A DNA stretch of 64,000 nucleotides from Deltaproteobacteria bacterium GWA2_38_16 (GTDB lineage Bacteria; Bdellovibrionota; JACOXK01; 2-02-FULL-40-11): positions 264,538 to 328,537 of the forward strand of contig MGPE01000002.1 in NCBI GenBank assembly GCA_001797335.1, read 5' to 3'. Made by a program: the position numbers and the translations under genes. The notes under the pieces were generated by a model, which saw only the letters and a list, made by a program, of their open reading frames with translations, made no database searches and was not told the origin of the DNA. Positions 38,601 through 46,873 of the stretch are shown in pieces. Position 1 is the stretch's first letter. Every line of letters starts with the position of its first letter.

Positions 38601-39305
38601 GGTAAACCAGATTCTTGTGACACCGATGATGACAATGATGGTATTTTGGATGCCTTGGATAACTGCCCTTTAATTGACAATAAAACTCCCAATTTAACAA
38701 TAACCACCAATCAAAATACAACCACATGTCAAGTGTTAACTACTGCGAGTGATTCAGATGGGGATGGACATGTTGATATCAATGACAATTGTCCTAACAT
38801 TTATAATCCCCTTGGGCGGGATTTGGATAAAGATGGTGAGGGGGATGCGTGTGATCAATGTACTGAACTTAAAAGTCAACTTACCGTTTCAGTAGAGACT
38901 GACTCTGATGTTTGTTTTAATGAAAAAACTACTACCAAAGGTACACCACCAAATACATATGATGTTGTTACTTATACGCGTAATAATAAAACAGTTCAGC
39001 TTTCCTTAAACGTTAATGGTCATGTACTTACTGAACAAGTTAAATGTACCTATACGTCGTACTCGACCTATGAAAGTGCTAATTTGTTTACGATATTTTC
39101 TCCTCCTGAAAATTTTACAACCTATGGAGGTAATAATAGTTTATCGGCTTCGTCAAGTCAGGGTAATGCTTATGTTATGTTTGTTTGGTATGCTATACCT
39201 ATTATAGGTCTATATCCCTTAGAGTATAAACAGTCAAAGCAAATGGGGGCATTGTATCCTCCTAATTATGTACCCAGGTGTATTAACAATGATAATTCTG
39301 AATAA
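35682..39305 (+). CDS. large lipoprotein (1207 aa): long helical/coiled-coil N-region plus C-terminal thrombospondin type 3 Ca-binding repeats
   Basis: Start moved to ATG 35682 (MQKRYIVIFVSIFALSCGGGGGGGSGGGQG: lipobox + poly-Gly); TSP3 repeats DTDGDGKPDSCDTDDDNDGILDALDNCP and DSDGDGHVDINDNCPNIYNPLGRDLDKDGEGDACDQC. Confidence 0.55.
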   Translation: MQKRYIVIFVSIFALSCGGGGGGGSGGGQGQDTTPILSNEPSQTVAETIQSTSYDDLAKHFPQDHQSISSVTEQDAFIESYLSQTQQQQLLNEDEKIALKDKLFSKPPSSLSDVHIEKIWENNLSDGTKDILNKIPDTLKTIEALDMTDATTLESTLEKTMPKFSDAQFKELIKATSELIKNIHVSEFSLDTNGDGRIDRFDFINFIKPAFQEEMTEQDIKAQYLYWSYFLNIDESVFKSRMWGNLDPILPPEVGIPTDQYAKDKKANIVILDFKNMLALEKIEIEEAKTYVKDISFYQLSDDLLTAFKDNIYKPILNDSTRTDELVHIDKVIIAFPKDDSQKLKIKILTKETTPLASALILTPGFYIQHVATQNDTFLQYFWIRSLYAQDQDLGQDQFFKAMDEMMNEGGGTSVEDTFVKSSSISSQSVADLVVQALSLRLIALSQNMEDEFNNLKQQTSGILQTFEGCPEISMDDTLSPQAYSQMNQNVCSFQKLYGAVDKLSARLAVYRSEVERQIEILEHNEKVLSYLFAQSFDPAVYDEIDQRLNKVITMHLIAFAAEVAGLAITILKTAAQKTVGIALKSAFVQKAIEKSVELLLIQAIDALELIHDMAIKKMSAKAVVKIEKILKFCKNLLEWVREGKVDTFVQGFQLLLSFGPNFIKDIVTEENDKFLKELNDSSNKTALELDRTRRLLRGYKAIFNKIAPLYQEARTLVFNIEKSSPTAVMYETTFGCKENYTKEVEELTGAFKREKENLENSFLPLKDKVTIAYREFNSFKQKCGDKRLDYSLAHFRMERICDSLPDSTDCTEEQNKAKAILDAMMGQQQCGSIDAPAIKALTVAKDTLQDKKDAVSQAIESLKNKLDQDMAKKITERENCEVLMKDPQCRFNFTQAMNFDLINLSEIMYDNVVEAKTSVGGVAIACVEEEECTISSVGTESGSNNNTQTFLSDFMDDESAGTSTAVVDTDGDGKPDSCDTDDDNDGILDALDNCPLIDNKTPNLTITTNQNTTTCQVLTTASDSDGDGHVDINDNCPNIYNPLGRDLDKDGEGDACDQCTELKSQLTVSVETDSDVCFNEKTTTKGTPPNTYDVVTYTRNNKTVQLSLNVNGHVLTEQVKCTYTSYSTYESANLFTIFSPPENFTTYGGNNSLSASSSQGNAYVMFVWYAIPIIGLYPLEYKQSKQMGALYPPNYVPRCINNDNSE

Positions 39306-39307
39306 AT

Positions 39308-39349
39308 TTTAAGTGTTAAGTGTTGTTAAGTGTTAAGTGTATGGTATAA
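39308..39349 (+). promoter_or_regulatory. (TTAAGTG)n heptamer microsatellite overlapping a -35/-10 promoter (candidate phase-variation switch)
   Basis: ttaagtg ttaagtg ttg ttaagtg ttaagtg (39308-39338) then TGgTATAAT extended -10 (39341-39349); a TTGTTA -35-like hexamer (39322-39327) is created at the interrupted repeat junction, 16 nt from the -10; ~70 nt upstream of ATG 39419. Confidence 0.45.
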
Positions 39350-39418
39350 TAAAAATGTAAACTAAGAGATGTTCTAATCCAATTTTAATATTGCGGAACG
39401 TAAGAGAATATAAATATC

Positions 39419-41398
39419 ATGAAAAATAAAGGTTTTGTCCTTTTGATTCTAAGTTTCGGTTTCTTAACTTACTGTTCTCCTTCTGGAGAACCCCAAATCC
39501 AGACAAGCCCAAGCCAAGCTCCTTCTACAGTGACACAACCCACTCAACCTACTCAACCTACTCAACCCACTCAACCTGCACAGCCTCAGCAGCCCACCCT
39601 ATCTGGTTTTGCAATAGGGGTAGATCCATCTACTCAATCCCATTTCAAACTCGAAGCTTCAACTATAGGCTGGGCCGATCAATCGCTTTTGGCTACAGAT
39701 GTAGAAACGTTAGATAATGGCCTTTATGTCAGTCTTTATAATTCTTATCAGTCTATGGCAGCCAAAATTGCTGTCTATGATATAGCGGCAAAACAATTTA
39801 AAGGAACAATAGACGTAGGTGGTGGCCTTACGGGATATGGCATTGAAACATTCTCATTCGATACCCGAAAACTGATGACTACCATAGTCAATACGCAACT
39901 TGTCTCCCCGGGAAATTTTGGATTTCGAGTATGGGATATATCCACTGTCACTGCCTCCCCCACAAGTTTTTATTTGGGAGGGCAGCGGAGAGGAATAGCT
40001 CCTGTTTCAAAACTTATAAAAATAAATGATTCTGTGGGCGCTATGGTTATCGAAGAAGGACAAATTAACAGTAGCAAGGAGCTTATAAATTGGAAACAGA
40101 AACTTCGTATTTTTAATATAGGAAGCATAAGTTCCCAAGCACCCGCTATTCCCGCTGCTTTGTGCGAAAAAGAATTGACCACTGATTTTCCAGGTGGAGT
40201 TAAAGATATTATCCATAACAATAACAAATTTATTGTCATTGCAAAAACAATTACCCCTAATGACGTCTATACTCTTGCCAGCTACGATCTCTTGTTTACG
40301 TATCCTAGCAATCCCACCAATAGTTGTTCTTTTAGTGATGCTGTCCGAGAAACTCAAACACTTTCCGGTCCCCAATACTCTAAAATATATCCTCATCCTG
40401 CAAACAATAATCGGGTATTTGTGGTAGTTTCAGAAAATAATGCTACTCAGGTCCGAGAATATGAAGTCACACCAAGCGCCATTAAAAATCTCCATTCCTC
40501 AAATATTTCAAGCATGGGTATTACACTTCCCTTTAAAAATCCATTTTTTAAAGATAGTAATGGGAAAATTTATGCCTTGGGCTTAAAACTTAAAGATTCA
40601 CTGTATCGTGACCCTCTCTATAATGATTGGGAAAACCACATCAAAATTCTGTCAGCAAATAATATCTCTGGCAGTTCAGATTTTGTTTTAGATAATAAAA
40701 CCATTGTAGGGGGGGCAAACACGGGATTTCTGTTTAGCCCGGACCAAACGAAACTCATCAGTTATTCTACATTTAATTCTATTGGAACAACGGTGATGCC
40801 ACTTCTACTTTCCATATGGCAACCCGGAACTCAAAGTGGAATGCCACAAGGATTACCGTTAAGCACACCACCCCAAACACCACCGGCATCTACAACACCA
40901 AACCCATCCACCTTTAGACCTTTTACTATTGGTTTTTCTGGAATTCATAATCTGAATCGTACTCGTGGCTTTCAAAATGGTGATAAAATTGATTATGCTT
41001 TTGGAGCAACTCATCCCGATACAGACCAATTATCTGTAGAATTTAAAGTACGAACCTATGCCACAATGGGCAACGCGGCTTGTCCAGGCCCAAATGACTC
41101 ATCCACAACTCTTCTCCAAAGCCTTGCTTCTCAGATTGTCGACGCTGCACATAATAAACAAAAAATGTATAATGATAGCTCCAACAGATGCTCCAATTTT
41201 GAGAGCTGCTATGAATTTATTGCCGATTCAAACTATGTTAATCTAAATGCAGCTAATCCAACCTGGGGGGCTACGAATTCTCCCCATTTTACATTAAATA
41301 TTTCAACTTTAGACAAAACAATTTGTCTCTATGTCATTATTTCAGATGGGAATAGATCACATGATAAGATTGAAACAACATATTTTTACAATCCATAG
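39419..41398 (+). CDS. surface lipoprotein (659 aa) with (PTQ)n linker
   Basis: Lipobox LTYC; PTQPTQPTQPTQPAQPQQPT linker encoded by 9-bp tandem repeats; beta-rich remainder. Confidence 0.45.
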   Translation: MKNKGFVLLILSFGFLTYCSPSGEPQIQTSPSQAPSTVTQPTQPTQPTQPTQPAQPQQPTLSGFAIGVDPSTQSHFKLEASTIGWADQSLLATDVETLDNGLYVSLYNSYQSMAAKIAVYDIAAKQFKGTIDVGGGLTGYGIETFSFDTRKLMTTIVNTQLVSPGNFGFRVWDISTVTASPTSFYLGGQRRGIAPVSKLIKINDSVGAMVIEEGQINSSKELINWKQKLRIFNIGSISSQAPAIPAALCEKELTTDFPGGVKDIIHNNNKFIVIAKTITPNDVYTLASYDLLFTYPSNPTNSCSFSDAVRETQTLSGPQYSKIYPHPANNNRVFVVVSENNATQVREYEVTPSAIKNLHSSNISSMGITLPFKNPFFKDSNGKIYALGLKLKDSLYRDPLYNDWENHIKILSANNISGSSDFVLDNKTIVGGANTGFLFSPDQTKLISYSTFNSIGTTVMPLLLSIWQPGTQSGMPQGLPLSTPPQTPPASTTPNPSTFRPFTIGFSGIHNLNRTRGFQNGDKIDYAFGATHPDTDQLSVEFKVRTYATMGNAACPGPNDSSTTLLQSLASQIVDAAHNKQKMYNDSSNRCSNFESCYEFIADSNYVNLNAANPTWGATNSPHFTLNISTLDKTICLYVIISDGNRSHDKIETTYFYNP

Positions 41399-41413
41399 TA
41401 AGGATTTAAAAAG

Positions 41414-43618
41414 ATGATAACTCATAAAAAATACCACTATTTCTTTTTCCTGTCACTGGCAGCTATTTTTTTGTTTAATTCGTGTGGAGGCAAGGGAGGA
41501 GGAGGCGGCGGAGACACTTCCTCTCAATCAAGCACGATTGAAGGAACAATTCCAGCCTCCCCTCAACCACAAGTCACTATCCAAGGACCCTCTGACTTTG
41601 ATCCCAATACAGATACCGAATTTAAAGCAGTTGTACTGCATATGACAGCTCCCTTGATGATACAGTGGAGCGAAGTAGAGCAAAATTCAGCTATTTCTTT
41701 TAATCCTGGTACCCATTCTGTGAGTGATCTTGCAACACCTATTGTAACTCAAGTAAAAGGCACAACTGGTTCTTACACACTTAAAGTAGACGTTACAGAT
41801 GCTCAAAATAAGAAAGCTTCTTACGAAGTAAGCGTCCAAGTCAATCAAGCTCTTCATCAAAATAGTTTGCCTACTATTTCAAATTTTTCGTCTCCAACAT
41901 CTGTCACGGAGGGAGAAGAGATATCGGTAACATTTGATGCTCAAGATCCAGATTCTGAAGATACCTTATCTTATCAAATTCAAATGAGTGACGCTACGAC
42001 ATCCCTAGAAGGAACACACACGCCTCAAGATGCAATAAATAGTACAGGGCATGTTATTCATAAAATTCAATTTGAAACTGCCAAAACCTATGGCCCCTTT
42101 AAAATTACGGTGAGTGATGATAAAGGAGGAAAAGCCAGTCAAGAATTTACTATCGTTGTTCAAGCACAAAAACTATGTACTCCCCACGATTTTAACACTC
42201 CCCTCTACACATTCACTCTTGATAGTAGCAAACCAGAGATTTCCATTTCCTCTGTAATACCCATGAATGATTATTTTATTGTTTTTTTAAAGGGGGGGTA
42301 CACAGCTATAGGAGATTTTATCCCTTCAAAAATACTTAAATGGGTTCCAGAAGGTAACACTATCATTGAGAAAGATATCAGAAAAGGTTTTACAGTGGCG
42401 GGTGGCTATACGGGATGTTTTTCAGACATGGGTAGAGCTTATTATTCTTATAATACCGCCGCCTTTCCTTCAGATAAGAAGCATGCATTAATCTCAGAAA
42501 AATCAAATCATCTGTTTTGTACCGCTATAACCGGGGATGGCATAAATTCAGCCCATTATATCTATGATGTGAACGATATTTTTGAGGGAGGAATTCCAAC
42601 AAATGCAAAATGGTATTCCGTAAATGACACAGGAATTGTGGGGGCTATTTCAAATATTGAGATCAATGATCCTCCCTTTATCAAGAAAAACAATAATACT
42701 CTTTTAACGATAAAACAGATAAGGGATGACTGGAAAATTTTTGATCATTTTGAAGTTTATCAAATCAATACTACCCAGCATAGTGATAATCTACATAATA
42801 AATGGATAGGAGCAGCGTTCTATAAATCCTTGCCTAAGAATCTCACTTTTCCTGATGGTCAATATGTGATTAGTGCTGAGGGGCAAAACAACTTTGGAGT
42901 GGATTATGGATGGCTGCATCCCATCTTTTTAGCAGATTCTCGATATATTGCTGCTATTTATACATACAAAACATCGGTATACAATGATATTAAACAGCGC
43001 GATAAAAGAATTGTCATATTAGTAGATCAAGATGGACAAAGTGAATATCAAGTGCTGCGTTTCTCAGACAAAATTAAAACGGCAAGTGAATTAAACCTGG
43101 TTACAAAAGCTAATGATAATAGACTATTTAAAATTACGAATATGAACTTTATACCTCCCGATAAATTACTGATTCAACTCACAAACTTTGTAAGTACAAA
43201 TGGAGGAATTGCAATAAAAATATTTAGGGACATGAATCCCCAAAATACAATTATTTCAAAAGTTGTCGAAGAAAAAACCATATTAGGCATTTCGGGCAAT
43301 GCTACTAAAAATGTTGTTACGGAAGAAAATCAGATGTTTGCCTTTCTTGGTACCAATGAAGCAAATATTTTGAAAAATGATTTTAACAATCTTTATATGA
43401 GTTCTGAAGAGCGCAGCACTTTCCCTTGGACAAATAAAATTTTAATGGTTTTGGATACCAATACCGATAAAAGAAAATTTTTTCCTATCCATCCTATGTC
43501 CTATGTTTTCTACAGATCTGACGTGTTAAAGTATTCATTTTCTTCTTCTGAAGGGATAGCCATTTGGACAGAAGACAATATTAAGCTATTTCCCTACTTA
43601 GATAATCAATGTAAATAA
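41414..43618 (+). CDS. surface lipoprotein (734 aa) with poly-Gly tether and Ig/cadherin-like repeats
   Basis: Lipobox FNSC then GGKGGGGGGD; two similar ~100-aa repeats (QVTIQGPSDFDPNTDTEFKAVVL / ISNFSSPTSVTEGEEISVTFDAQDPDSEDTLSYQI) typical of Ig-like surface domains. Confidence 0.45.
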   Translation: MITHKKYHYFFFLSLAAIFLFNSCGGKGGGGGGDTSSQSSTIEGTIPASPQPQVTIQGPSDFDPNTDTEFKAVVLHMTAPLMIQWSEVEQNSAISFNPGTHSVSDLATPIVTQVKGTTGSYTLKVDVTDAQNKKASYEVSVQVNQALHQNSLPTISNFSSPTSVTEGEEISVTFDAQDPDSEDTLSYQIQMSDATTSLEGTHTPQDAINSTGHVIHKIQFETAKTYGPFKITVSDDKGGKASQEFTIVVQAQKLCTPHDFNTPLYTFTLDSSKPEISISSVIPMNDYFIVFLKGGYTAIGDFIPSKILKWVPEGNTIIEKDIRKGFTVAGGYTGCFSDMGRAYYSYNTAAFPSDKKHALISEKSNHLFCTAITGDGINSAHYIYDVNDIFEGGIPTNAKWYSVNDTGIVGAISNIEINDPPFIKKNNNTLLTIKQIRDDWKIFDHFEVYQINTTQHSDNLHNKWIGAAFYKSLPKNLTFPDGQYVISAEGQNNFGVDYGWLHPIFLADSRYIAAIYTYKTSVYNDIKQRDKRIVILVDQDGQSEYQVLRFSDKIKTASELNLVTKANDNRLFKITNMNFIPPDKLLIQLTNFVSTNGGIAIKIFRDMNPQNTIISKVVEEKTILGISGNATKNVVTEENQMFAFLGTNEANILKNDFNNLYMSSEERSTFPWTNKILMVLDTNTDKRKFFPIHPMSYVFYRSDVLKYSFSSSEGIAIWTEDNIKLFPYLDNQCK

Positions 43619-43932
43619 TCTGTACTCTAAAAGTGTAGGGAATCGATACTCCTCCACCCCCACTGCTATCTGCGCCGTGAGTTGCGTGCAAAAGAGGAGA
43701 AAACGTTAAACCCAACATCATTAAACTTATTATCCACATCATCTTCTTCTTCATAAAAAAACTCCTAAAAAGACATATAGCACAGCTTCGCAGACAATCA
43801 AGAGGTCAGTAAATGAATTACCCCCTCTGTAAACTGGGCACAAAATTCTTAAGTAATACTTAATATACTTATAAATTTTTAATTTATATTACGTATTCGA
43901 CGAGCACAGGATGTGATATCTTTCAATGACTT

Positions 43933-44631
43933 ATGGAGGTTTCGTTTAAAAAAGATCACTATAGTATTCTTATCGTTGATGATGATGAAAAAGATGTTCA
44001 TCAGGTCAAAGAATATTTCGAGCAACGAAATTATCAAATTCAGCATGTTAAGACGGAAAAGGAAGCTATTGAAAATTTTAACAATAAGCAATTTGATATT
44101 GTTATTTGTGAATATATTTTTCTAGATATGGAAGGGGGGAAACTTTACACAACACTGAAGAACATAGATGTTTATATACCGATTATCGTTTTTTCCCATT
44201 TTTCGGATGTTCAGCATAAAGTGGCCGCGTTTAAAAATGGGTGTGATGATTATGTTGCAAAGACCTCTGAACTAGAAGAATTAGAAATAAGAATGACGGC
44301 TCTTCTCCGGAGAATTTACCCCCCCCACTTTTGTTATTTAGTTCGTTTTAAGGATATGGAACTGGATATGGTTCGCCGAAAAGTAAAAAAAGAAGGAAAA
44401 GAAATTGATTTGACAGAAAAGGAATATAAGCTTTTAGCGTATTTGGTAAAAAATAAAAATAAACTGGTAACCCGGGAGATGATTTTAAATGAGGTGTGGG
44501 AGAAAAATGAAGAAACTCTGACTAATATCATTGATGTATATATTAATTATCTTCGAAAAAAAATAGATCTTCCCAATAAAGAGTCTCTGATAAAAACCAT
44601 CCGCGGCGTTGGCTATAGGATGGATGATTAA
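43933..44631 (+). CDS. OmpR/PhoB-family response regulator, atypical (Glu at phospho-acceptor position), orphan
   Basis: Receiver (ILIVDDDEKD ... DIVICEYIFLDMEGG ... IPIIVFSH ... CDDYVAKT) plus winged-helix C-domain (LTEKEYKLLAYLVKN...VWE...IDVYINYLRKKID...IKTIRGVGYRM). An ungapped alignment to PhoB, done by eye, puts E at the D53 position; the Thr/Ser and Lys positions are conserved. No histidine kinase in the window. Confidence 0.75.
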   Translation: MEVSFKKDHYSILIVDDDEKDVHQVKEYFEQRNYQIQHVKTEKEAIENFNNKQFDIVICEYIFLDMEGGKLYTTLKNIDVYIPIIVFSHFSDVQHKVAAFKNGCDDYVAKTSELEELEIRMTALLRRIYPPHFCYLVRFKDMELDMVRRKVKKEGKEIDLTEKEYKLLAYLVKNKNKLVTREMILNEVWEKNEETLTNIIDVYINYLRKKIDLPNKESLIKTIRGVGYRMDD

Positions 44632-44747
44632 TTTTAATACGCGTGAATGATTTCCCATCACAGCCGTTTTAGAGGAAATTGGGTAGTGCAACTAATAAAG
44701 ATTTTAATAAAAAAATTAGCTATTTTCTAGCTAATACTGGGAGCAAG

Positions 44748-45632
44748 TTATGAGATCCCACTCTTACTATAAATTAACCTAAAATATCTCCCTTTCATAA
44801 AAAAAATAAACCCCAGAGATACGGTTATAATAAAAAAGAATAAGCGGAAAATTAAAACCATACTTAATGCAAGAGGACTAGCCACGCCCAATAAATCCAA
44901 TAAAAAATACATAGAAATATCATTGACCCCTAGCCCTAAGGGTATTCTGGATAACTTTCCCAACAAAAAGGGAATCCAAAAAACAGCATAGGCTTGTATA
45001 AAACTTATTTTTGCCCCCACCAATAGGGAGCAAACCCACATCCACAGGCCATTTAAGATACTTATCATGAGTAAAATAAGAAAAATGGGAAGAAGACTTT
45101 TGAGGGTTATTTTACTCCCCGAACACTCTTGAATAAAAGTCTCTATCATTTTTTCAAAAATATTTAATCTTTTCCAAAGTTTTAAAGGAAGCAGATTCTT
45201 CAGAAAAATAAATACTTGAGAATATCTTAACATCACAAAAAACAGCCCAGAAATTAAAATCATTAAAACAACGATCAAATTTAAAAAAGAAAGATTTGGA
45301 TAGCTTAAAGACACAACGTTAACTGCAATCAGAAAACTAAGACAATACATTATTAAATTATAAATAAACTCAGCGGATGTGGCGATAAGGGTCTTACTCA
45401 CAGCAATATTATAGAGTTTTTTTAATAAACTCGCACGCACAACCACTTGGGTTCCACTAAAAAAGGTAAGATATTGGAAACCGTAAGAAATACATAAAAT
45501 AAAAAACCAATTTTTCCAATGTAACTTTACACAAAACTGTTTAAATATTAACGAATTTTTAATGGAAATTAAGAGAATAGAAATTAAATATAAAACCATT
45601 AAAAGGCTCGCTAGCAATGAAAATTTTAACAT
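44748..45632 (-). CDS. polytopic membrane protein, flippase-like domain (aaPGS/LPG-synthase TM-region-like, UPF0104-type)
   Basis: 294 aa, ~8 TM; Lys-rich N-terminus; this family is commonly found beside glycosyltransferases. Assignment from overall topology and composition only. Confidence 0.35.
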   Translation of the reverse strand: MLKFSLLASLLMVLYLISILLISIKNSLIFKQFCVKLHWKNWFFILCISYGFQYLTFFSGTQVVVRASLLKKLYNIAVSKTLIATSAEFIYNLIMYCLSFLIAVNVVSLSYPNLSFLNLIVVLMILISGLFFVMLRYSQVFIFLKNLLPLKLWKRLNIFEKMIETFIQECSGSKITLKSLLPIFLILLMISILNGLWMWVCSLLVGAKISFIQAYAVFWIPFLLGKLSRIPLGLGVNDISMYFLLDLLGVASPLALSMVLIFRLFFFIITVSLGFIFFMKGRYFRLIYSKSGIS

Positions 45633-46789
45633 CCCCGCACATCTTGTGTATAAAATTTATCTAGTCGCGCCACATGATCGGAAAATGAAAAATTTTTCTC
45701 TAGCCGCTCAAATCCTGCATCCCCATATTCTTTTTGAAGATTTGGATTTTTAATAAGTTGTATAATGGCATCTGCCAAAGTCTCAGGTTGCCTAGCAGGC
45801 ACTAACAAACCCGTTTTAAACGGAACAATAACTTCAGGGATCCCTTCCACATTTGTAGCAACAATGGGTTTTTTAAATAACATTGCTTCTAATAAAACCC
45901 GCCCAAACGCTTCCTGCTCTGAACTTAATACAAATATATCAAAAATCTGGGCCCATTGAAAAGCATTTGGAACGCTTCCCATGAAAAGCACTTTATCAGC
46001 AATTTCTAATTTAAAAACTTGCTTTTGAAAATCTAAAATTTCTAAACCTCCCCCAATAACAATAACTATAATATTAGAATGCTCTTTAGCCACAAACTGC
46101 AATGCCTCAAAAAAATACTTATAATTTTTCTGGGGTCTAAAATTAGCGATTGTTCCAATAAATACTGTCTCAGTGTTCAAATTCTCTTTATGACTTATAA
46201 GATCAATTTTTTTAATAAGCTCGACCACAGGAAGGCTTTTTTTAATTAACTCATTTATTTGTATTCCGGTTGGAATAACACAAATGGAACTTTTAGCATG
46301 ATAAGATGTTTTCTCAAGATATGTTTTTACATAATTTGAAATTGCGATAAAATGATTGGTAAATCTACGCGACAATCTCTCTATTTTATATATCCATGAA
46401 TTATCTTTAAATTGATAGGCATGGTGTTGAGTGGTAATCACTGGAATATTAAAAATAAATCCTAAAAATCGCCCCAGTATGCTGGCATGAATAAGATGCG
46501 TATGAATATAGTGTGGCTTAGCACAAATGATAAAACTAATAAGATTAAAAACTTTTAATACTGAAAACTTACCCTTTTTAATTAAACCCATAATATGCAC
46601 ATCTTTAAATTGTGGATTATATTTTAATATTTCCCCATCCCCTTTTAAATAGGCCACAGCTAGAGAATATTTCGCTGGGTCTGCATGAGTAATCTCATCC
46701 CATAAACGTACTTCCGCTCCTCCAAAATCCATCGTGGTAATGATATGTAAAATTTTTATTTTTTCCTTCATGTGATCCCGAAGTTCCAT
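45626..46789 (-). CDS. glycosyltransferase family 1 (GT4-type, GT-B fold)
   Basis: C-terminal EAFGRVLLEAMLFKKPIVATNVEGIPEVI (E-x7-E motif); 387 aa. Confidence 0.8.
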   Translation of the reverse strand: MELRDHMKEKIKILHIITTMDFGGAEVRLWDEITHADPAKYSLAVAYLKGDGEILKYNPQFKDVHIMGLIKKGKFSVLKVFNLISFIICAKPHYIHTHLIHASILGRFLGFIFNIPVITTQHHAYQFKDNSWIYKIERLSRRFTNHFIAISNYVKTYLEKTSYHAKSSICVIPTGIQINELIKKSLPVVELIKKIDLISHKENLNTETVFIGTIANFRPQKNYKYFFEALQFVAKEHSNIIVIVIGGGLEILDFQKQVFKLEIADKVLFMGSVPNAFQWAQIFDIFVLSSEQEAFGRVLLEAMLFKKPIVATNVEGIPEVIVPFKTGLLVPARQPETLADAIIQLIKNPNLQKEYGDAGFERLEKNFSFSDHVARLDKFYTQDVRGC

Positions 46790-46873
46790 ACAGGCAATTC
46801 ATTCTATTTAAAGAAAAAAAAAACGCTAGGAAAATTCCATGAAACACCTATATACTTCATAGTCAGTTAATTC

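Noticed and set aside
39308-39338. Short tandem repeats and the A/B ~95-bp repeats considered as possible CRISPR arrays
   Set aside because: Only 2-4 copies, with no regularly spaced unique spacers of 25-40 bp and no cas genes. The heptamer repeat is a microsatellite; the A/B repeats are 1.5 kb apart.
38345-40427. Antisense/alternate-frame ORFs within the 1207-aa and 659-aa lipoprotein genes (38345..38710, 38545..38727, 39775..40396, 40194..40427)
   Set aside because: They overlap long, well-supported ORFs; several are Ser/Leu-rich translations of the TSP3 Asp-codon repeats.
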